From assembly GCF_964204645.1 (NCBI RefSeq), contig NC_134028.1:20952345-21016344 (forward strand): DNA of 64,000 bases. The letters run 5' to 3'. Source of the DNA: Tubulanus polymorphus (lineage: Eukaryota > Animalia > Nemertea). Under the pieces are notes generated by a model, which ran no database searches, had not been told where the DNA came from, and saw only the letters and a list, made by a program, of their open reading frames with translations. This document shows, in pieces, positions 1 through 10,300 of the stretch; the stretch's first letter is position 1; each line of letters starts with the position of its first letter. Made by a program: the position numbers and the translations under genes.

Positions 1-3000
1 TCAATTATTTCGGTTGTTAGGGTTTTAAGGCACAATATAAGTTGACGATGTGATATGGCGATGTTAATTAATGATAATTCCGCAGTGAAGCTAGTCACGA
101 ACGGTGCCGATTGAGTGTACAGCTGCCAAAAACACTGAAATGTGCGTAGTTGCGTAACTATTTGCAGTGAATTGCAGACGAAACATGAAGCCTTAACGGC
201 CGTTTAAAACAAAATTATACCAATCGCAATTGTAAAATAAAAATGAGATAGAACCTAAGTTAAAATTCTGGCCATTTCTAAAATGTTATTGATTATTATT
301 ACTAATTTTTAGTCAGTGCGGAACGTTTAGTTTTCCAACAATAATGAGGGGTGGTAGGTAGTCATGCAATTCAAGTCATCATTTATTACACGTTACTTCC
401 GTGTTGTTGAAAATCTCGCGAGTCCTGGACTAAACCCCAATGAACAATGTGATCTGTGTGCTGGCCACCAAAATGCACACAGATCACACTACACTACCCA
501 TTACACACTCCAGTACCCACGGCTTTCATATATCCATCCAAATATTTAGTGGCTTTCTTCCTGGGTATTACATGTGGGGAAGTAGACTTAGGGTATAGTT
601 GCTATATGTGATTTTAGAAACCGTAATTCGGTCTCTACACCTTGACGAATTCGAGATAAACCAAAGCTTTAATTGATTCATTTCGTGTTAGTCGTGTTTG
701 GATGAAGTATAATGATTAACCAACGGTTAGAATATAGCTAGGACACATTAGGACAATTAGCCAATTACTTAATATCTAGTGAATTCAATATCTAAGATTA
801 AAAATTATTTTCATGTTATTGTATATAGATATTATCAAACTGATAAGATATAGCTGACAGATATGTATTTCAACACATTTATTTGTATCTAAGTGAATCC
901 ATCACATCCATCTACTAGTTTATTAGGATGGTCTGCCTCAAAAGATGTTCTTTTTTCTTATTTCAGCTAAACTCTATCCTGGAAATAATGGTCCTCAATT
1001 GGTAAACGACAACCAAAAGTAGACGACGACTGATGCCGATGAAAACTGATGATGTCCAGATGAGAAGTTGAGGAGCCAGCAGCAGCGAGTTACCGCCCAA
1101 CGATGGATTTCTTCAACAAGGTGGTGGATTTCTACAAACATTATGATTCAGGAGCTGCAGTAGCGGATCTTATAAACACTCGAGGAGCAGCGTGGACAAT
1201 AGCGCATCTTAAAAACACTGATCAAGGAGCAGCAGAGACAATAGTGTACATAAACACTGATTCCGAAGGAGCAAAGATATTAGTCCATCTTATAAACACT
1301 GACTCAGGAGCAGCTAGTGCATGTTATAAACACTAAGGATCAACATAGACAATAGTGGACTTCAAAGTATAGTCAAGTAATGATTTACGTATTTATACTC
1401 TTCATACTTGTACATACTGGTCTAGTCAGATATGTAGTTCACGAAATTTACCAGATCACAGACTACTTGTTGGTAGTGGTATAGAACAGAGTATGAATCA
1501 TTTAATGAAATTGAAGTTAGGATAATTAGGGTTCTGTGGTCTTAGAAGGAACTATCTACGTTTGAATATTTCAATAAAATCCCATCCAAATACTGTATAT
1601 TGATTGGGTGAACTATTTTCGAGAGGACTAATGAATTTGTTTAGTCATTCTGTTTTGTAATCTGATTTAAGTTCCTTCTTAGTCTCATAAAATCTAGCTG
1701 CATGACTTTGATCTTTGCTCCCAGATAGATTAGTTAAGTTTAGGTTGGTGACGCTGTTTAATTGATCGCATCCACTGCCTAGTTTCAACTCATAGGTCGG
1801 TTGAGTTACGCCTTAACAGAGATATCATATCAACATGATATTGGGAACTTAAGTTCAGATAGTTTTTGATACTTTTGAGCATAGTTTTGAATGATTTATG
1901 ATAATGATGACATATAAACCTGTATGAATTGGTCTTTTAGTCTTCTATCAACCTATCTCAGAAATAGTGGTTCATTTCATATTTCCTTAGTATGATAACG
2001 TGCTTAGCCTGAACCTTAAGTAGTCAGGATTTTAAAGAGTTGTATGTGCGAAAATATGTCGACATAAAATTTTAGACTTTTAGACGCAATAAAAAAGTTA
2101 ATATGCGTAATATTCTCGTTTTTGGATTTCAATGATGTTTCAAAAATCATGACTTAGCCAAAAAGTGTGGGGCCCCGCCTACAGTTCCGTACATACTGGC
2201 TACGCTTTTTAAACATTTGTTTGAAAACCAATTTCTTTGATTGGAAATCATTTGAATGTACCTTGGACGACTGACCAATCCAATGCGTCTTAAAAGTTGT
2301 ACCAAATTTTAGAGCAGATATATAACGTTAACGCTTTGAGTTAATAACGTTAGGCGGTGTTCTGCGTACAAATGAGTATTTACTGAACTGTAAAATGTGC
2401 TATTCACATGGCTTTGATTTTTCAAAGGCCCATATTAGGGAAGTTGTATAACATGACGGATTTCACCAATGAGTTGACTATTTCGCCTAGAGTTCTAACT
2501 TAAGAGCTTTCATAGCTCTGTACGATGAACATTCCTGTTTACTTGAAAACCGTAACTTCATCTTAAAGGAGACTTTTATATTCACATAAGAGAGGTATAG
2601 CCAGGAAGAACTTGGTCTTAAGTGAAAGCTAAGAATAACTTTGAACGTTTAATTTGTTGATAGCTGTTGGTTGAGTAGCTTTCGTAAATGATCACTTAGC
2701 TTCAAATATGGGTGTTTAATTGTAAACGATTATTTACATACAGCAGTGAATTGATATCGCTTTTCGAAAAATGGGCCCGGTAGAGAAAATGCTTGATGAT
2801 GTAAACAGAGGAGTATAAATGATACACAATACAAAATATATAGTACATTAATAGATAAAAAATAAACAAAACCCTAAATGAAATAAATAATTAATAATTA
2901 AATAAACAATTATTAACAATTGATAGATATTTTATTTACATCAATCATCGGGCATTTTTTCAAATAATCTTATTTAGTAAATATTACATTATAATTCCTC

Positions 3001-4380
3001 AAGCACGTAATCTGGCATTTTCTATAATTGTTGTATGAAAATAAATATGATTCACGTTAAAACCTTTCAATCGTTTCATGAAGTTTTTAGCAACAATCAA
3101 AGGTTGAATCAGATGCTTGGCCCTGCTTTGTTTATTTCACCGTTGTTTCTACCATGAGTTTTCTTCGAATAAATAATATTGACTTCTATCACTTGTGGTG
3201 ACTCTTTCTCATATACAAGAAGTTTGAATTGGTCAGTGTGGTCGATTTATGAATTCACAATGGTGAATCCTTTTTAGTCTGACACTAAACGCGGTATATC
3301 GTTCTCATGTTCCAGAAGTTTGAATTGGTCAGTGATGGTCCATTTATGAACTTATTAAAGAAATGTATGGTTTGAATAGAACAGCGATCTATTGGCTGAC
3401 TTGGCCAACTTGTCACACCCCGCGCAATCAAAATGACTTTATATATTATGGCTGCTGACTAGCTTTATCTTCCGATAGCTGTCATCATAAAGTAATTCTG
3501 TTGTTTTTAGTAGCAATAAAAAGCGATAAAGATCTTAATAGATCCCCGAAATAGCCGTATTAGGATCGTAGTCGATCGGCATGTTCTACGGTGATTCGAT
3601 CGAACGAAATCGGCAATAACATTTTCTACGCACACAGAAAAATGGAACTGTACGGCATTTGTGAATGGTTTGTGAAAGTAATTGTTATTTTAAAACGCAA
3701 TTTCATTTGATACGGAGTCCCGAGGGTCAACTCACCGTTCTCGGCCGGAGGATCAAGAAAATGGTTTTGTGTGATACATAGCAAACCAGTCATTGGTGGT
3801 CAGAAATAAGTCCGTACCAAACACGCAATATGTACTGAAATAAACCGACTGAATTATGAATTATTTGTGATAATATCCAATGATTTACACCATGTGATTA
3901 TTTGCATACGACCCGTTTATATTCAATCATGATTCAATTTCCAGATTTTCGTGAAAATGAAACGTGCATGTCGGGAGGGCAGTTAATGCTTTCAACGGAC
4001 CAGCCGCACAAACTCGAGAATCAGACGTTTTGACAATCGTCACAATCCAATGACGTTAAGAAGAGTAAAAATGTGAAAAACAGAAAACAGAAAGTTAGTT
4101 GCTGTATTAAGTAGGCGTCTTTTTGTGACCACACTCCGCCCGCCGGATGACCGCGCTCTATTTTTCACTCCCAGTCCCTGTCCTGGCATATAAGGCCCCT
4201 TCTCTCTAAGACTCTACACTACCAACCACCACCTAAAAGTCAATAGTGTCGTGAGTGACAGTAGACTTAGACTAGAGTAACCTGTCTGTCTGTTGTTGGT
4301 TTAGTTCCACGATCGGGTATTTTTACAAGCCATAGGCATAAGTAAGAGGTATAAGCCCATCCGATTAAAAGCGGTCCTCA

Positions 4381-4816
4381 GGCTATTTTTATGACATCAT
4401 CATCATCGAATGACACCAGCTATATTTATGACGCCTCATTCTGATTGGCTTATTCACGTTGCGCATGCGCGCTAAGGTGCACAACTTAGAAAATTCAAAG
4501 AAAGTGTGGAGAACAGAGTTAGAGAAAGTAGCGGATGCGCTATCATACAGCTAGACTCGAACCCGGGCCTGTAAATTACTAGCGCAGCGTCATCCCTCTA
4601 GACCACCAAGCTCGCTGAAAACCAACCAAATGTTTTAACTGGTACATATAGCCTCACCTTACCCTAACTCTAACCCTAGGAACCCTAATCCTAACCCTAA
4701 CCCTCTGGACCTCTTCTCACCCTCTTGACACTAATCCTCTCCCCTAAAGACCATAATCCTAAGTTCAATATAAACCATCGTAAAAATAGAATTTACGACC
4801 GCTTTACGTCGAAGCC
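4381..4816 (-). mobile_element. Inverted-repeat element with internal pseudo-tRNA and (CCCTAA)-like tract, copy 1
   Basis: Collinear with 21652-22064. Minus strand ~4550-4613 has A box TGGTCTAGAGG and B box GGTTCGAGTCT. CCCTAA-like repeats at ~4660-4705. It splits a short repeat seen intact at 28670-28722 and 34285-34337. Confidence 0.75.
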
Positions 4817-4865
4817 ACTTCAAATAAAAAGCTTACCACCAACGATTAGGTAACTAACTATACCA

Positions 4866-7175
4866 GGCTTTGACTCCCTCTTCCGCTCCACACCGAGAGT
4901 GACTCCTAACCTCCCCGGGCTGTGACTCCCTCTTCCGCTCCACACCGAGAGTGACTCCTAATCTCCCCGGGCTGTGACTCCCTCTTCCGCTCAACCCCGA
5001 GAGTGACTCCTAATCTCCCCGGGCTGTGACTCCCTCTTCCGCTCCACACCGAGAGTGACTCCTAATCTCCCCGGGCTGTGACTCCCTCTTCCGCTCCACA
5101 CCGAGAGTGACTCCTAATCTCCCCGGGCTGTGACTCCCTCTTCCACTCCACACCGAGAGTGACTCCTAATCTCCCCGGGCTGTGACTCCCTCTTCCGCTC
5201 CACACCGAGAGTGTCTCCTAATCTCCCCGGGCTGTGACTCCCTCTTCCGCTCAACCCCGAGAGTGACTCCTAATCTCCCCGGGCTGTGACTCCCTCTTCC
5301 GCTCCACACCGAGAGTGACTCCTAATCTCCCCGGGCTGTGACTCCCTCTTCCGCTCCACACCGAGAGTGACTCCTAATCTCCCCGGGCTGTGACTCCCTC
5401 TTCCACTCCACACCGAGAGTGACTCTTAATCTCCCCGGGCTGTGACTCCCTCTTCCGCTCCACACCGAGAGTGACTCCTAATCTCCCCGGGCTGTGACTC
5501 CCTCTTCCGCTCCACACCGAGAGTGACTCCTAATCTCCCCGGGCTGTGACTCCCTCTTCCACTCCACACCGAGAGTGACTCCTAATCTCCCCGGGCTGTG
5601 ACTCCCTCTTCCGCTCCACCCCGAGAGTGACTCCTAATCTCCCCGGGCTGTGACTCCCTCTTCCACTCCACACCGAGAGTGACTCCTAATCTCCCCGGGC
5701 TGTGACTCCCTCTTCCGCTCCACACCGAGAGTGACTCCTAATCTCCCCGGGCTGTGACTCCCTCTTCCACTCCACACCGAGAGTGACTCCTAATCTCCCC
5801 GGGCTGTGACTCCCTCTTCCGCTCCACACCGAGAGTGACTCCTAATCTCCCCGGGCTGTGACTCCCTCTTCCGCTCCACACCGAGAGTGACTCCTAATCT
5901 CCCCGGGCTGTGACTCCCTCTTCCACTCCACACCGAGAGTGACTCCTAATCTCCCCGGGCTGTGACTCCCTCTTCCGCTCCACACCGAGAGTGACTCCTA
6001 ATCTCCCCGGGCTGTGACTCCCTCTTCCACTCCACACCAAGAGTGTCTCCTAATCTCCCCGGGCTGTGACTCCCTCTTCCGCTCCACACCGAGAGTGACT
6101 CCTAATCTCCCCGGGCTGTGACTCCCTCTTCCGCTCCACACCGAGAGTGACTCCTAATCTCCCCGGGCTGTGACTCCCTCTTCCACTCCACACCGAGAGT
6201 GACTCCTAATCTCCCCGGGCTGTGACTCCCTCTTCCGCTCCACCCCGAGAGTGACTCCTAATCTCCCCGGGCTGTGACTCCCTCTTCCGCTCCACACCGA
6301 GAGTGACTCCTAATCTCCCCGGGCTGTGACTCCCTCTTCCGCTCCACCCCGAGAGTGACTCCTAATCTCCCCGGGCTGTGACTCCCTCTTCCACTCCACA
6401 CCGAGAGTGACTCCTAATCTCCCCGGGCTGTGACTCCCTCTTCCACTCCACACCAAGAGTGTCTCCTAATCTCCCCGGGCTGTGACTCCCTCTTCCGCTC
6501 CACACCAAGAGTGACTCCTAATCTCCCCGGGCTGTGACTCCCTCTTCCGCTCCACACCGAGAGTGACTCCTAATCTCCCCGGGCTGTGACTCCCTCTTCC
6601 GCTCCACACTGAGATTGACTCCTAATCTCCCCGGGCTGTGACTCCCTCTTCCACTCCACACCGAGAGTGACTCCTAATCTCCCCGGGCTGTGACTCCCTC
6701 TTCCGCTCCACACCGAGAGTGACTCCTAATCTCCCCGGGCTGTGACTCCCTCTTCCGCTCCACACCGAGAGTGACTCCTAATCTCCCCGAGCTGTGACTC
6801 CCTCTTCCGCTCCACACCGAGAGTGACTCCTAATCTCCCCGGGCTGTGACTCCCTCTTCCACTCCACACCGAGAGTGACTCCTAATCTCCCCGGGCTGTG
6901 ACTCCCTCTTCCACTCCACACCGAGAGTGACTCCTAATCTCCCCGGGCTGTGACTCCCTCTTCCACTCCACACCGAGAGTGACTCCTAATCTCCCCGGGC
7001 TGTGACTCCCTCTTCCGCTCCACACCGAGAGTGACTCCTAATCTCCCCGGGCTGTGACTCCCTCTTCCACTCCACACCGAGAGTGACTCCTAATCTCCCC
7101 GGGCTGTGACTCCCTCTTCCGCTCAACCCCGAGAGTGACTCTTAATCTCCCCGGGCTGTGACTCCCTCTTCCACC
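4866..7175. repeat. 52-bp GC-rich tandem satellite, ~44 copies
   Basis: Unit GGGCTGTGACTCCCTCTTCCGCTCCACACCGAGAGTGACTCCTAATCTCCCC; period 52 (4921 to 4973); very few variants; ends ~160 bp before the first BTBD9 coding exon. Confidence 0.98.
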
Positions 7176-7333
7176 CTGAGTACCAGCAGAATAATCAGCC
7201 TGTTGATTGAGGCTGGTTACCAGGTTGATTATGATGATGACGACGCCCTCTTCCACCCACCCTGAGTATGACTCCGCGTCCCCGCCCCCCGGGTTTGTGA
7301 GACTATCATGCGTTGTATTTGTTTATTTACAGA

Positions 7334-10300
7334 ATGAGTAACAATTCGACTGGAGTGACATCAGCCGGAGCTGGAGCAGCCGGAGTCGATTCAATCGATC
7401 ATGTGACCAATCTATCTGAAGATTTCAGTAATTTATTACAATCTACAGAATATAGCGATCTGATATTGAAAGTAGAACAAACTCGATTCCCGGTTCATAG
7501 AGTCGTTTTAGCCGCAAGATCTGAATATTTCAGGTAACAGAGACATTTCACCAACCGCTGCACCAGGCACGGGTTCACTTTCACCTAAAACCTTAGTGTC
7601 TGTTGTACCATTGTATTTTGGTGATGATATTTTCAGGGCTCTACTTTACGGAGGTTTAAAAGAATCGGATCCAACTTGTCACGAAATAGAATTACAAGGA
7701 GCCTCTTCCGCTGCATTTCAATTATTACTCAAATATATTTACACCGGACGAATAAAACTGGCGAATATGAAGGTACGAGAAATATCTCAGTTGAATATTT
7801 TAAAACATGTGGAGAACTCTTGTGTTTTATCAAATAAGGCTAAAGGGAAATGATGCCTTGTTTCTCCTTATCGACGGGGTCACTTTTGAGCTCTGGCCCA
7901 GTTTCACAAGAAGGATTAAGGCCTAAATCGATTTAAGATAAACTGAATTAATGAAGTAATTGAATTGATTTTAGAGTGTAACCTTTTTATGAAACTGGGC
8001 CCCCTGTGCAGAATGTAGAAACAAGGTATCAATTTTTTAGCTTAACGATTCTTATTTTGTAGGAGGAGCAACTTCTAGACGTTTTAGATCTCGTTCATCA
8101 GTACGGATTTCTCGATTTAGAAATAGCGATCTCGGAATATTTAAAAGCTAATTTGAATCTGCGAAATGTCTGTATGATTTACAATATAGCGAATCTTTAC
8201 AATCTGAATACGCTATCGGCAACGTGTTTAAAACATATCGATCAAAACGCTAAAGATATCATCCAATCAGACGGCTTCATTTCATTAACAGAGGTTAGTT
8301 ACATTTTATCATGGCTGTCATGTTTTGGATGCCATAGAATGACAATAGAAATTGCATTTGTCCAGGGGTGTCCATGGGGGTCCGGACACCTCCACTACAA
8401 TTATTTTGAAGTCCCTTGAAATTTCCCATCTCAAATATTCCGCACTGAATATTTTCTGAAGAAAGATCAAAATCATGATTGAACAACTGAATAAGACAGC
8501 AAAATTGTAGTAGCGATAAGCTGTTTACTTGTTCTAGAAGATCTAAAACATCATTGTGTATGTGAACGACAAAATTGTGGCAAAGCTTAGAAAAAGGCCC
8601 TAAATTTCTTAAGAGGACACCTTCTCCTCTAACCCTGGATACGGCCCCTGTTGTCCACATGTTGACTGTAACCAACTTTTGAGCAGCTACAGCCTGGAAC
8701 TGGGTAAGGGACATACGGTATGCAGGTGTGGATCCAGAGGTGGTTTCAGGGGTCGTGACCCCCCCCCTGCTCAGCTACCAAAGAATTATTTTTGTGGTTT
8801 TCTTAAACCCTTTCAGTGCTGACTAAGTAACACCCAAAGTGCTGGAGATAAATTGAAATTTTCTAGAAATTCCGCCCCAGTGTGTTGAATAATGGGTATA
8901 CCGCTATAATGCGTCTACACTGCAGAGCCGTGTATCATTACTAATATTTCACTATGTTTGACAGGTGCTGCCATCTTTCATTAGAAATTAAACTAATTAC
9001 ATCAATACACCACGTTGCGGTGTACTAGCAATGTCCATCACTGATTTATACACCGCACTGCGGTGTAGACGCACTGAAAGGGTTAAGGAATGTACTCAAG
9101 ACAAAAGCGGACAGTACCACATAATCAGTACCACATCATCTTATGTTTGGCCAAACAATATCAACATTTTTTCATGAACCCCGCCTGGAAAAAATCCTGG
9201 ATCCGCGCCTGTTACGGTACCGTGCTGGTGGCTCCATCTTTATTGTATTTTTCAGAATGCGTTGTACGAAATCGTGCGTCGCGATTCGTTCTACGCGAAT
9301 GAGAACGATATATTCACGGCTGTTTGTAACTGGGCCGATAATAACCCCGAGTTACCGCGCGATCGCGTGATTCATTGCGTACGGTTACCTCTGATGGATC
9401 TAGACGAGATTCTTACCAAAGTTCGACCGACGACTTTGGTCTCGCCGGACGCATTACTAGACGCGATACAAACTAAAACTAAATGTAAAGATATGGATCT
9501 CGGTTATAGAGGCATCTTAGGTAGGTTCGAGGGAGAATGGGAGGGAGGGAGTGACAGAGTGAGAACTCAGTAGTGGGGTACCGGCACCGCTGCTGTGGCA
9601 ATCTAGGATTCCACGTATGGGGTAGACGAGGATCCACCAGGTTCGCTAGTGTTTACTCGATAACCGTGCTTCAATTTGTTCTATACATTTCAATTAAATT
9701 CGGGTCAAATTTTCTTGTTAGTAAATCAATTTCTAATAAAACTATACCATTCACTACTTATCGGGAACGTCGATCTTACATCTATTCGACGACTTATTCG
9801 TCAACATTTCCATTTGGAAGCCTAAAAATTCAGTTAAAAAATCATTGAAAAAAAAATAATTTTCACCATCCGAGTGTATTGTAGCACCATCTGGTTTGTG
9901 CCGATACCCCGTTATTGTATTATATAATGATGTTTACAGCGAGTGATGAGAATGTCGCTACGAGTCGTCACGGAGCTGAAGGAGAGGAGGAGGTGCTGGA
10001 AGGGGAGTTTTGAGAGAATCAGTGATGTTTATCGTAGTATTGTTGTATTTACAGTAAGTGACGAGAATGTCGCTACTAGTCGTCACGGAGCTGAAGTCAT
10101 CCACGGTGAGATTAAATCTGCGTTGTTAGACGAAGACGTCACGACGTATGATTTAGATCGTGGATTTAGTCGACATTTAATCGATGAATCTTGCGCTAAT
10201 CCTGGAATAGTCGTTCAGTTAAAGGAGCCACATATTATAAACACTATCAGATTGTTATTGTGGGATAGAGATCAGAGGTTAGTGAGTGCAGCAGCAGTTC

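Noticed and set aside
4866-7175. CRISPR-like regular array
   Set aside because: Units are contiguous and near-identical with no unique spacers and no cas genes; it is a eukaryotic satellite.
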